DNA of 63,471 nt, filler included, from Nemertoderma westbladi (taxonomy: Eukaryota; Animalia; Xenacoelomorpha): assembly GCA_032718475.1 (NCBI GenBank). It is 3 parts of 3 records of this genome, joined end to end, with 100 filler letters (N's around TTAATTAATTAA, not from the genome) between each part and the next. Parts side by side here need not be neighbours in the genome. Positions count along the whole stretch, not along the records: positions 20,720 to 51,120 come from JAUCBJ010005831.1; 2 more parts are not named here. One strand, given 5' to 3'. The notes under the pieces are model-generated. The model was not told the origin of the DNA. It made no database searches and saw only the letters and a program-made list of their open reading frames with translations. Below, piece after piece: positions 25,475 through 38,726 of this stretch (its first letter is position 1; every line of letters starts with the position of its first letter). The position numbers were made by a program, and so were the translations under genes.

Positions 25475-26012
25475 CCCTATCTGTCCCGGGTTGTTTTACA
25501 AGGTAATTGGCACGGGGGAGGGGGGAGGGAGGGGTTATTTTATCAATTTTTTAGATCTTGACTCAAAAAATAATGTTTTTTATGTTATAAGGGTTATCGA
25601 GGTCGCTGATCACAATATAATATGTTAAAAATATTTTCTGGCAATGCAACCATAATTTTTGGTGCTATTTTGGTCTCCCAGGACGAAAAGTATAAGTAAA
25701 AAAATGACAAACTAAAAAGTTATGTGTTTGGTTTAAAAATTCTGAACGTATACGGGTTGTCGAGGTCGCTGATCACGATGAAACAAGTTATAAATATTTA
25801 TAGTAAATGCAAAACTTTGCAAAAGCTGTCCCCAACTAAAAGTTATAATAATATGTTTCGCTCATTCACCCATAAACACCAATAATAAATTAAATTTTAG
25901 GATAAGTCACGACATCTAGGTTTTCCCAACAAACGTGACTCAAAGATACAGATGAATTATAAAAAAAATTCTAAAATGACGCCCCCCCCCCCCCCCCCCG
26001 GGCCAAATAGGG
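25475..26012. mobile_element. piggyBac-type MITE
   Basis: TTAA|CCCTATCTGTCCCGGG ... CCCGGGCCAAATAGGG|TTAA. Internal direct repeat tcgaggtcgctgatcac. Confidence 0.85.
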
Positions 26013-26221
26013 TTAAATTAGTTTTAATATTAATATTTTTAATGTCTGAAATTTTTATAACTGTATGTAGAAAAATGGTATAACAAATATTTCAATTGTT
26101 TTTAATTATGTAATACAGTATAATGATATTTACTTGTTAAAACAGTATTTGTGTTGTACAGTATATACAGACAGACAGTGTAAGTAAAGTATATTGTTTT
26201 GAAAATCCCATCAGTGTTGTT

Positions 26222-29200
26222 TCATACCACACTATAAGACCGTTTCTTACCATCTCCATCTGCACTATATACAAAATCCAACAATGTATCTTTGTTTTCC
26301 GGCGCAATAAGATAAGTTTCTTCACTTTGTCTATAGGATTCTTTCGGTGAAAGCAAACCACCGCGATGGAAGAGGAATACCACGAAGTATATCAAAACCA
26401 CCACAGGGAGAGCGAACCCAAAAGCTGCAGCTGTGTAAGGGAATCCCAGAGATTCCACAACTGGCCCGGCCATTATCGGCCCCACGAATAGACCAAGGGC
26501 GTCGGCGAGTGGAAGTGTGTATGAGTAAACAGCAGTATTCTCCGAGATCTGTTCCCATTGTAAACGACGAAAGCAAACCCGAAATAGGGATTCCATGTAC
26601 ATTACCGAAGAGGACCCATATCCAATCCCGAAGATCCCGGTTCCCAATAAGATCACCCACAACTGCTGGGGAATGTTCAATGGCGGAAATGGTCCCTGTA
26701 GAATCATACCCATAAATGTAACCAGCATCCCCAACATTGATATGTATATGGGATTTATTCTGGGCACCTTGTGCAACAGAGTCGCCCAAGTGAGGGAGAC
26801 AATAACCGAAGCTGTAGGCGCTATAAGAAAGATAAGTCCTATAACTGCTGGGGTATAATGAAATTGTTCTAGAAATAAAGCGAAGTAAGTTTCATAGATC
26901 CCCAAAGCTGCAGTAACGGCTACTTCCATTGTGAACACTGTAAACCCAATTTTATCTTTCAAGATGACAAGGATCGAATGTTTACATTTGGGCTTCTTTT
27001 CAGATTTAAGATTGGGACATACCATCCAGATGTACAAGGCTAAACTGATCTCTAAACCGCCGAATATAAGAAAAGGAACAATGAAGGGCGCCAACTCGTA
27101 TATGAATCCGCATATCGTAGGTCCAATGAGCACTCCAACTTGGTAGCTGTTCGCAATTAAGCTCAAAGCAATGGCCCGGTGATCCTGTAATATATATAAA
27201 TAATATAATATAAATAGGTAATATGTTAATTAATGGCATAAAATGACCCCAAATACCAACTTTGTTTTAGGTTTTATCAAATTAATTAAATTTGACGGCA
27301 ATTAAGGGAACGGAGCAGTTTACAGTGGCTGTGTTTTCTAACCAAAACAATTATTAAGTTTATTTAACTTGTATTGCGAGATACACCCGAGGTGTTGGCG
27401 GGTGAATCCGGCCGCTACAACAACTGTAAATACAGCAATAGTCTAATGTTGGCTCGACCATATCTGATGTCAGCTAGACCATACAAATCTGTTTTGACTC
27501 GTAGCATTAAAACAAATAAGATACTAATTCGGTAACTGATTGCTAACAATAGTGAATATATGATATATATATAGAAAATAGAATAAAATAAAGATGAAAG
27601 GTGAGGTCAAATCAGATACTGAGTATCTACAAATGGCGGTTCCCGATTGGCTAATCAGTAAGGTGATAATATGGAGAGTAATCGTATAATACTGTAGATT
27701 GCATAAATAACATGCTTCAATGTATAGTATGAAGCACAATGTATCCACTTAACAAAATCAATAATGTTACTTAACTTGTGGTAATTAAGTCGATCCCTAA
27801 ATTGTGGGTTTGCTATAACTAGCTGGGGTTTGGGAAATGTGTAGCAGAAGCGCAACCATTAAGGATTATAAACTGCTAACAACATCTGGTCAATATGCGC
27901 CACTATTTTGTATGTTTGTATAAACTTAGAATTATAATCCTATATAATATATATAAAAATGCTCAGTTTGTCTGTTTGTACAACTTTAGAAATCGACATT
28001 TTGCAACTTTACTCGAAGTTTTTTGGTGTTACCAGACCGGCACCACAACGGGTGATGCAACGCGATATTTTCCAGAAATTTAACTGCATTTTCTTCTTTT
28101 TAACGTCATTTTATCGACAAAATCTACCCATAAATTATCAAAACCTCTGCTGATTTGCTACCCAAAAAATGTAAAACCATTATTGGTCAACAACGATTTT
28201 AATTAAATATACAACAGCTCTATTAGGTTACAGCTGTTTAGATTACAATGCACAGTTAATGTTTACTTGAGTCTGAGTCTGAGAGATAGTGGCAGAGCTA
28301 CAACAGCCTTGCCTAAATTTGGCAAGCAAAGCACTTCGTGGTAGCTGGGCTCCTCTGCATTACTACCACCGAGTCATTCTTCTGGAGTCAAGTTTTACAA
28401 TCAAAGACAACCTTACACTTTAACGAAGAATCATACACCTGGACCGCTGAGCATTTATTGTAACCTATCCACAGTATTAATGTTAGCGCAAAGATTTTAA
28501 AGTAATCTATACTGCTTATCATACTACCACATCCTACTATATATACGGCCTGACAGGTCACCACAAATGGCCTTTCAAAAACAGGCCATTCTTTTTCTTT
28601 TTTATACTAACACCGATACCGTATTGGTAGGTTATTGGTAGGCTTACACAGTAGAAGTTCAAAACCGCTTTGAAGCACTTCAGTCAATGGATGAAGAACA
28701 ATCCACCGATTCAATATACCTGAATATAATAACAGCCCACAAGGAATCAGCTAAGAGGCATATCCCCCAGAAACCCAAACGAAAACAGTATGTGCCATTG
28801 CAAAACTCTGAGGTTACTTGTAAGAGAGAAGATCTTAAGATAGCCTACAAAGTTAAAACCGAACAACCAAAAACCGAAAACATTAACAAGGTTGAGAAAG
28901 CTAAGGACGATCTTAAATTGGCCTACAACATCAGCCAGGAAAAGTACATACAGGATAAAACTGAAGCAATTACAACTGCTCACATACAGCAACAATCAAG
29001 ACTTACCTGGCAAACTGTAAATGAGGTATCTGGTCGGAAAAGTTGTGCAAAGGGGTGCCTCAAAGCAGATAGTCCTGAAGAACGTGTTGGGAAGTGTAAA
29101 AGTCACTTCAGCAACTTGCATGGGCAGCCACATAGGAGACTTCACACCTGCCGAACTCCAAAGAAGCATTCAAAGTATGTCCAATAATAAAGCGAGTGGA

Positions 29201-32200
29201 TTAGATGAAATCCCAGCAGAGGTATGGAAAACAGGAGTGCTAAACAGACCATTATTGAATGTTTGCAACAGGATGTTAAAAGGGGAAAAGCCACCACCAA
29301 TTTGGACTAAAGGTCAACTAAAGCCTCTCCCCAAGAAAGGAGACCTCGGCATACCAACAAACTATCGTGGGATCTGTCTGCTTGTGGTAGCTGCCAAAAT
29401 ATACAATAAAATGATTCTATATAGGATTAGGCCTCACATAGAGAAACTACTGCGTAAGAGCCAAAACGGATTTCGACCAAGCAGATCAACAATAGCTCAG
29501 ATACTTGCACTACGGAGACTGATTGAAGGCCCCGGACCCGCAGTCATGACTTTTGTGGACTTCAAGAAGGCATTCGACTCCATCCATAGAGGTAAAATGC
29601 TTGAAATCCTAAGAGCTTATGGAATACCGGAAGTAATTGTTGCTGGCATTGGATTGTTTTATTGTGACACAGAAGCGCAGGTACTCTCACCAGATGGTGA
29701 AACTGAGTTTTTCTCAATCCTGGCTGGCGTACTGCAAGGTGACACATTAGCACCATTACTATTTGTAATTGTGCTGGATTACGCAATGAGGACGGCCACA
29801 AAGGGTGAAGATCTGGGATTCACACTTCAAGAACTCAGAAGTAGTAGATATCCGGCAACTACAGTCAAAGACACCGACTTTGCGGATGACATCGCCCTGC
29901 TCTCTAATACGCTAGCAGATGCACAGCTTCTACTAAATAAAGTGGAGAGGGCTGCTAAGGAGGTTGGATTGCATAGAAATGCTACCAAGACCGAATTCAT
30001 GACCTTTAATGTTGATGGAAACTTGACAACAATTGATAATAATCAACTAAGGAAGGTTGATGACTTCCAGTACCTTGGGTCATGGATAGAGAGTAGCAAA
30101 AAGGACATAGAAGTTAGGAAAGCAAAGGCTTGGGTAGCTCTATCAAAAATGGATACCATCTGGAAATCAGATCTCTCCAGGCACCTGAAGACTAAGTTCA
30201 TTCGAGCCACAGTGGAAAGTGTACTTTTATATGGTGGTGAGACCTACCTGGACACTGACTAAATCACTTGAACAACGAATTGATGGTTGCTACACATGAC
30301 TACTAAGGGCAGCCCTAAACATTACCTGGAGACAACACATGACAAATGCCGAGCACTATGGTACTATACCACCTGTATCAACCGCTACTACTACTATTAA
30401 GATCGGCATGCTGCATTGCAGCTGCATTTTTAAGAATGATGTGCCGGCTTGTTGACAAAATTGCACCACCACAACTCCCTATCACCCATATGACATTTGC
30501 TAGATCATCCGTATCTTCAAGGCCTTTGTCCTTTAAGATGTGTCTCAAGAAAGACATGGGCTGTCCACCATGATTATTAACTCCATTAGGCTGCCAAAGC
30601 ACAAGAGTATGCAATGGCTGGTCCTCACAGCGTAAGCAATGTCCAGAAAAGCGGGGGCGGTATTGTACTAGTGTCGAGCTTGGGGGATCCAAATTGAGAC
30701 ACTTCCAATGTTATATCGTGTCTGGTTGGAGATATGTGCATTGTACTTGACACAGTGAACCCGGTGTATCTTCTTGTGATTGTGCCATCCAGAGATTTGG
30801 TGTCCTCAGCAGTTAGAGCCCAGCATGGACTCCCATAAAGGAGTACTGGAACTACTGCTGCTCTAAATAATCGGACCTTAAGTTTCCTATTAATTCTATG
30901 TGACTTCACTTCCAAATCCTGGAAAACCCATTCAAGGCTGCCCATGCCTTTCCCTTACGTATTCAAAGGTTCTAACCTGACTTCCGGATCCATGATCCCA
31001 GGTAACAGAAGTCGTCCACATGCTCAAGCATACCATCCTTTGAGCTTATGCTCATCCGGTCAGAGACTTGCTGAGGACTTTCAAAGTTAACTGTAAAAAT
31101 GTTGGTCTTTTTGGAGTTAATAAAAAGACCAACACTAGAAGCAGCCTGTTCTAATGTGCAGAGGAGCCGTTAGGCTCCCTCTAGTGATTCTGAGAGTACT
31201 CCTAAGGTCATCAGCAAAGTCTAGATCAGTTAGGTACTTGGCAGGATTTTCTCGACTTCTGGAGCCAGTAGGTGGAGTTACCATCACCCTATCATCATTA
31301 TGATGGTCTAAGGACATGCGTAGAACATAGTCAACCAGAATTATGAACAAGAATGGCGCAAGAACCGAAAGACGGACATACTAGAATCCACCAAATAATA
31401 AAACTGACATCGGAAATGAAATCAGCAACCCCGAAAATCCCCATAAATAGAATTTTAGCTCGGTGGTGTGCTTCCTTCATGTCACAAACTGGCGGAGGAG
31501 TAGTCTTTTGTAATAATTTATTAATTTTTTTAATTTTTTAATGTAATAAAACTAAAATGGTAAGTCTCAATTCGTTAACTTCGTAAATCGCCCAAAACCC
31601 ACTATCGCCTCACTGCGCTTTCGTTTAAATTACTTATCTTTAAAAGCAAATTTAACTGGCCTCATTTTGAGAGGCCATTTGCGGTGACCTGTCAGGCCGT
31701 ACAGTATATTACTACTACTACAACTATAATGGGCCTGCTGCATTTACCATACACTCTGATATGATTACTCATTATATTACATATGAGTACTGGTAGGGCG
31801 CGAGGTAGGCCTAGGCCTAGCAGTTGCAGTTCAGTCTGTTTCTCTGCACGTTGGGTCTTGACTCTATCTTGCGCATCTGCGTGATGCAGACCGTGCTGAG
31901 CACGTGAACGTGAACTACCGTTATCTTGAGGCTAATTTTATGCGTCATTTGATGTGTGAATGCTTATTTGTGGTCAAACCGGGCTATTCTGTAGATGTTT
32001 TCGGAATAATTTCTGCTCAGCAGGCAGGAAACCGTATAGCAGTAGTTACCCCAACAGACACAGTCTGTTCTTGTTGTCACTTTGCAGATATGGACCTGAT
32101 CATAGGCTGCGTGTTTGGGAAGACACAGACCATTCTGCAGTTCTCCAGTCTACCGTTAGAGGGGCGAAATGTCAGATAGTGAATCATTTTCCCCTTTCGT

Positions 32201-34500
32201 TATCTTATAATGCTTAGTTGATACTTGGCAGATGTACCACAGCATAGTCGGCATGTTTGGGGAGGGCGGCGCTGACCAGTGTGCAGTTCTCCAGTCCGCC
32301 GCTAGGGGTGAGATGTCAGAAAGTGAAAACCTTCTCCCAATTTATTATTTATAATGCTTTTTAGTAGCTGATTCTTGGCAGAGGTCTACTACACCATAGT
32401 ATTCATGTTTGGCGAGGGCGCTGACAGGTCTGCAGTTCTCCAGTCAGCCGCTAGGGGTGATATATCCGAGAGTGAAAACCTTCTCCCATTTTATTATTTA
32501 TAATTCTTTTTAGCTGATTCTTTGCAGAGGTCTACTACACCTTAGGATACGTGTTTGGGAAGGGCGCTGACCTGCCTGCAGTTCTCAAGTCTGCCGCTAG
32601 GGGGTAAAATGTCAGAATGTGAAAAAAAGCATTAATACCTGGCAGAGTTATGTCTACTATACCAATCTCAATCATGATGATGTAATCGACCTCCATTCAG
32701 TTGAATAAGATAGCATCGATATTTATGCCAACTAACTGCTTATGTTTAAAGCAGAAGAACCCACCTTGAACAATATAGTAACTATTCCGTACAGAGATAG
32801 TATTGCGGTAGCGAAAAACGAACCCTCTACAACGCGACATATAAAACACAAAGCAATATACGATGTTCCCCCTGCAGATAAATCAAGTATTCCAAACAAT
32901 ATAAAAGAAACACCTGAAAAATTGAATTATATTTAGTAATAAAGAAAATAGTAAAATAAAGGGTTCACATTTTCGCATAATACTTGTTGTGTTATTGTTA
33001 TATGAAAATATTGGGGAATCTATATCGCTGAATATAATCACATGGTAATATAAATTGAGTTAACGGAGTCAGGCCTACTGCTACATGCCGACTGCATGTT
33101 ATGTGTATAATTAACACAGCAGTCACTACAGTGCTACTGTACTGCTACTGCAGTATATTGAAAGTAATTACATATCCCAGTGTCTCTACCCATCATGTAA
33201 TGGGGCGAGCCGCGTAGTGGGGGGGGGGGGGGGGACTTTCATCGCAATCAAAATTCACCCCTCTCCAGGGGCAAATCGACGCTGAGTACACTCAAAAATT
33301 TAACTGTAACCTGTTCTATTGATATTTATTTATTGTTTTTGTTAGATTAACGTGCGGCTATAACCTGGCAGCCTGGTAAAAATATATCCTTAGTAAAAAT
33401 AGACTATAAATCTAGTGCCGACGTAAGGCTTTTTAATTACAGAAGGAGAAAATGGTCATTATCATAATTACCAATTATTTTATTTATGTCTGATATAAAA
33501 TTTGAAATTAATAAAAATTATATATACAATCTGTAACCTATTTTATAAAGGCAACACTATTTCCCTTACTTTGGAGGCCATGTAAGACTAGGTGTGCCTT
33601 ATTAGCCCCAGGAGTATAATTATTACTGGTTGAATGCTTATAACGGCGGGGTAGCCCAGTTGGTTGAGCGCCGAACCTGCAATCTATTGGTTGTAGGTTC
33701 AGCCCCGCCAGGGACCACTGAGCCATTCGTCCTTAAAATGAGGACCATTTGAATAACTAGAAGGAAACAAAACTTTGGATAGTAGTAATGCCCATCTCTT
33801 ACCTTCGGTAGTTAGCAGCCTTAAGGTAGCCGAATTTTTTTTTCAACGCTAATAATTAGTCGGTTAATCTTTGATGAAAAATGGAACCAACCTTGGTACA
33901 AATGTAGCTTATAAATAATTTAGAAAGTCCACACACACACAGACAGACTTATACGGTTACTCTATCAGTCGCTAGGGGGCGAATGACTAGGTTCACTATT
34001 TGGACCTCTACCTTCACAAAGGCTCAGCTGGACTTGCGTGTGTGCGACAACCTACGTGTTTGCATTGCATCGATTTACGAACCTGAACCCATAAAGGCAA
34101 CAACATTGGCGAATTTTAATCCGATTCGAGCGGCAACACCCCCGACGACGAAATAGAAGACGACCCGAGAGCCAGCGAATACACCGAAGAAAAGGCCAAT
34201 GAGAGATTCATTGAATCCCTTGTGTGCAGCCCGGGGTGGGAAAAAAGCAGCAGGAAGTGAGTAGTTAATACCAACAGTAAAGTGCAGAATACAAAATGCA
34301 ATGAGTATTGTGCAACGGTGTCGTATTATGCAAGAAAATGGGTTCATTGCAGGAGGTAGTTGTTTTTCTGATTGCGGGTTAGACTGATAGTAAGACAGAT
34401 CGTGTCCAATTATTTTTTCATCTTTGACTTCTTTTATTGATGTGAAGTCGGTCTCCTTGGGTAATACAGGTATTGATTCGCTTGAGAGTTCGTAGACCAT
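26222..34500 (-). CDS. SLC18B1: MFS vesicular amine/polyamine transporter, SLC18B1-like. Exons 34500-34083, 32913-32765 and 27184-26222 give 509 aa
   Basis: GT-AG junctions keep the frame (1530 nt). Motifs YSLPAAFFP..A..KG....IGL.FG, GVSFILFGILD......YIALCFICRVVEG, G.LIGP.I.GF.YE...F..PF and LG.FVGP...G...E..GF match the SLC18B1/SLC18 family. Orthology was not tested. Confidence 0.85.
28645..30382 (+). mobile_element. RTE-type LINE fragment (second family), RT domain ORF 29021-30262
   Basis: KASGLDEIPAEVWK, PKKGDL....NYRGI, QNGFR, FVDFKKAFDSI, GVLQGDTLAP, DFADD, FQYLGS. Confidence 0.92.
30385..31362 (-). mobile_element. 5'-truncated RTE-type LINE with (TAG)n tail
   Basis: LTDLDFADD and KVRLFRAAVVPVLLYG. 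Its 3' end matches 43616-44215 and its 5' part matches 49890-50265. Confidence 0.9.
32105..32645. repeat. About 147-bp tandem repeat, about 3.7 copies, in transporter intron 2
   Basis: tgcagttctc(c/a)agtc recurs at 32136, 32282, 32431 and 32577. Confidence 0.85.
33645..33716 (+). mobile_element. tRNA-derived SINE head or tRNA pseudogene (Cys-GCA-like)
   Basis: A box tagcccagttggttgagc, anticodon loop ctGCAat, B-box-like ggttcagcccc. The stems pair poorly. Confidence 0.55.
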
Positions 34501-35179
34501 TTTAGAGATTAATCTGACGTTTTGACCGCATTTGAAACACCTTTGTGCGCGGGTGATTAATTGAGGTGAGTTCCTTGTTACCCCGTATTCAATTGTTTCT
34601 ATAGCCAAGCAATTTTGGAGCACCGTCCCAATTGAAAAAGGCAGGAGAAAGGTGAGAAAACCAGCAGCATTGGCGATGGTTTTATGCGATGCAACAATGA
34701 TTTATTATCTAAGTTTACAAATGTATTAAATATCTATACAATTTAATAAAGATTAATATAATATCAGTTTGCGTCCTTTTTATTTTAAATCGGGAATAAT
34801 TATTTATCCGGTGAAATCCACTTAATTCCGGAATTGCGGTTGTAGAATCAAAAGGATCAAATTAATTCCCTCGGGAAAACTGGTTGGGTCCGGTTAAATA
34901 ATTACCTTGACTTGCTTGGGTCCAATAAAACATACAACCATGCGTATAGATTTATATCTGTGGACCTTTGTTCTTATAAAATAATCATCCCTTATTCCCA
35001 TCCCTCTTGTTAAACATGTAATCCACGTCTCAATCACGAGACGCTCTGACACAAAGGGCATTCCAATTCTGAGAATAAAATAGAAAACTTTATAAAATAA
35101 ATATAAATAAATACATTAAACTGCCTTAAACTGCCTTAAAATATGTTTAAATTTATAAATAACTACAGAAAAATATATG

Positions 35180-36235
35180 TATAATTTATAAAGCGCCTTT
35201 CTAAGCACTATTTCAAGGCACTGTGAATGTGTGGTATGTACTGCATGAACTGTAATTTGTACCGGTAGGTATTTTTTATAAAAACTGGCTAAAAACACTA
35301 AAAACAAAAGTAAAAACACAATGAAGTAAAAGGTTAGAACTATTTTAAAAAATGGCTTCAGCAATATTCCTGTACATAATATTAAGTTTTCAGTTTTTCT
35401 TTAAAAATACCAAGGGTACTGGCCAGGCGTATATCGTTGGGTAGGGAATTCCAAATGCGAGGTGCCGCGACAGAGAACGCGCGTCTTCCATAGCTCTCAA
35501 GGTTGTATCGGGGTACAACCAATAATCCCTCACCGCCCGAACGTAAGTCCCTCCCGGGTGTACATCGCTTGAGCAGTTCGCAGAGTAGCCCGGCGCGGTA
35601 CCGTTCCAGCACTTGTATGTCAACATAGCCAATTTATATTCAATACGCCTATTAATTGGGAGCCAAGTGGAGGCGTTTCAGTACTGGGGTTATGTGCTCG
35701 CGCTTTCTAATACCTCTCTAACATTCGCGCTGCTGAGTTCTGCACATATTGTAATTTCTTAATGAATTTTCCAGGCAAACCATAATAGAGTGAATTATTG
35801 TTGTCCAATTTACTTGTTATAAATGTATTACTATTTCCAATTTACATCTAGATAAATGTCGCTATAATTTTAGAAAGGTTGCGTAGATGGAAGAAGGCGT
35901 CTCTAACTCGTTGATATCTGATTTTTGAATGTTAGGTGAGAGTCAAAGAGGAAGCCAATATTACGAGCATTATCAGTACATGATATGCTATCATTTTCAA
36001 TTTGCACGCTAAGGGTACCTGCTTGCTGACCAAAACGTGACTGTAAGAGTTAAGTGTGTAAGAATTTTTCGTAGTTCATTTTTAACATATGATATTTCAT
36101 CCATTGTTTTATGTCGCGGAGACAATTTTCCGTTACCATTACAGCAGCCGTAGAATTAATAGGTTTAAACGAAATATAAAGCCGTGTGTCATCAGCGTAT
36201 AAATGATATGAAAGACTATGTTTTCTAATGACCTC
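35180..36235 (-). mobile_element. L2-clade LINE 3' fragment
   Basis: YHLYADDTRLY at about 36176-36210. C-terminal APGY...R.LRS...L.VPR.....YG.RAFSVAAPRIWNSLP. L2-like tail aaaggcgctttataaat. Confidence 0.88.
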
Positions 36236-38726
36236 ATAAGAGATGTAATATAGTCGTTCAAAAACATGAAAAGGTGAGGTACGGTGAAAACTCCCACAAA
36301 TTTAATTATAACTTATGTTGGGAACAGCTTGGCAAAGTCGGCAATGCCATTTACAGTAATTTACATATTAATATCCATCAACACCACAGGCTATAATTGT
36401 CTTAAGAAGCTGCAACAGTTTCTACCTGTGTTATTACATGACTTTGAGCACTGCGGTCGACACACGATGTATAATGGACAGTAAGAAATATCAGACCGAT
36501 TCCCCAAAGTAATAAATAATATCCAAACATTGTACTGTTTTTTTTTGTTTGTTATCAAAACGTGTACATATTGTTGTTGTGTTATCATTACTTTTCATAA
36601 CTATTAATATATTACTGGGTATGGGGAAGAACATCACTAAGCACCATTTGTCAAATATAAAGCCCATGAAATCCCATCATCAACATTCAATGGTTTAGTC
36701 AATTCGCTTTGGTATTACAAAAAAGATGAATAGCCTAAAAAAAGCCCCCTATTGAGAAAAGGGTTTCCGTTTTCAACTTTAGTATTTTAAATGTTTGTCG
36801 ACAAAAATATAATTTTTACTTATATGCTTTTTTTGCTTCATAAAACTAATATGTTTACATATTGTCTGTATATTATTATAAAAGTAATTGTGTATTTTGC
36901 TGTGTCATATTCAAAGTTAGACGCCGTTAGGTAATGTATAACATGATGCTACTTCTATACAATAACTCATCATTATCTTATGTGGCTCGATCCACATGGA
37001 ATTACCACACCGTAAAACATTTCTAGGAATACACGCCCACCATGTGCGCGCCAAATTAGTTAATTAATTGTTACGTAATTGGACGACCATATGTTTTAGA
37101 GAATACCCACGCGTTTATATAGCATGCGCTTAGCTATAAACGACAGTCAATGACTCAAAATAGTGAAAGTAAAACTGTAAAAAAATAGTAAACATAGAGA
37201 AACGGTTTAGCACAATTGCCGAATTTTGCAAAATTAAATCATAAAACGGTAAAGTTATAAATTATTTATAATATCGAATATATAGTCGACCATATATTTA
37301 TTCGATTGTTTAGTTACACCTCAATTCAGTCACCAGCGTTATAGCAAAGCCATTAGCCAACATTCTATATGCAAAATGTATTCTGCCGGAGTCTTATGTC
37401 TTTCGTTATGTTAGAGTAGGGTTAGGTAGGCCTACCGGTAGTAAAATAAAAGGTTAAAAACCGTAATGATACGTGAAACGAACATTGCAGAGTCGGATTT
37501 GGGTAGGTGAATTCATTAAGAAATTGATTTCTTTGATTCGCGGAAACTGGTGATGACATTGATATTGGTGTTCTGAAGAGGCAGTATGTAATATTATGTC
37601 ATATGTCATATTTTATTAATAGTAATGGGGCCAACTGCTCGCAGTAGACATTAATTATGGCCAGTAGTGTTGATGGTTGACAGTTTGGCAGAAAACTCAG
37701 CATTGCGCAAATGGAAATGACTGTATGCCATTAGCCAGTTGTCCGGTAAGATTGAGTAGTAACTCCGATCTGTACTGCCATAACGGTAGTCCTTCCTGTG
37801 CTGTGACTGCGGAGGAAACAAAATACCAAATTCTTAATCATAGTTCAAACTTTTGGATAAACCACTGTTTAATGCATGTTCGAAATTTGTGGCGCGAAAT
37901 TTAATGATTCGTTGTTTATGTATTTTTGATTATTGATAGTAACAATGTGTTGGCAAGCTGTATTTTGTGTCGTTTGTGTATTTTGCTGTATTTCTGTAGA
38001 CCCCTAGATCCCTTCCTATAATAAATTTATGTATTTTAAATGAGCTAATTTCTCAAGTTAAGTATCGGAGGGCGTAGCTTGGAGTATGAAAGCTTGAATC
38101 ATTCGGACCTTCGTCATGGGAAGATAAACAACTGATGTTTTATTGCCTTTGTCTCTTGTCATTTAAAATTTTTATATCTGAAATAATGTCTAAACCTTTT
38201 TGTGTATATTTTAAAAAATACGTAAAATTATGCATTTGTTTAAGTTCATCGCTGTATGGTGCTAAGTGTAGTGTATAAATACAATGTGGCCATACGACCG
38301 AATGAAAAAATATAAAATAGGGGTAGGGCGTGATCCTGTACTGTACCCCTGAGAGACAGAAGTGCAGCATGGCCCTATCCATATCCGGGAGAAACAAGCC
38401 GAAGCGTGACCCCGTGACCTGGGAAGAATGATTGAAGAGCAGCGTTGCCAAAAGAGGAAAGTAAGTAAGTGATTTTATGACAGTATTTAGTAATCTTATC
38501 AGAAATCCCATAGGCTTTAAAATATTTGAACTTAGCAGCCAGCTGGAACCAATTTAATTCTACTGTATAATTGTCTGGTGGGCTGTTTTCTGTTTACACC
38601 TCACCTGTCAAAGTTGTTTCCTAATCTTAGTACCTCTCTAACATAATAAATCTCAACGTTGTTGGTGCTGTTAAAATTTATGTTAATTATTAATATCCAA
38701 TCATAAAAACTTAGAAAAATTAACTT

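Larger units (their letters stand above)
28546..31699. mobile_element. TA-flanked TIR DNA element in transporter intron 2, enclosing two LINE fragments
   Basis: TA|CGGCCTGACAGGTCACCACAAATGGCC ... GGCCATTTGCGGTGACCTGTCAGGCCG|TA, imperfect TIRs of about 40 bp. Confidence 0.7.

Noticed and set aside
33645-33716. Functional tRNA-Cys gene (likewise 61795-61870)
   Set aside because: Acceptor and anticodon stems do not pair properly; better explained as SINE heads.
34501-34623. GTG-initiated N-terminal extension of the transporter ORF
   Set aside because: Eukaryotic gene; the first in-frame ATG is at 34500.
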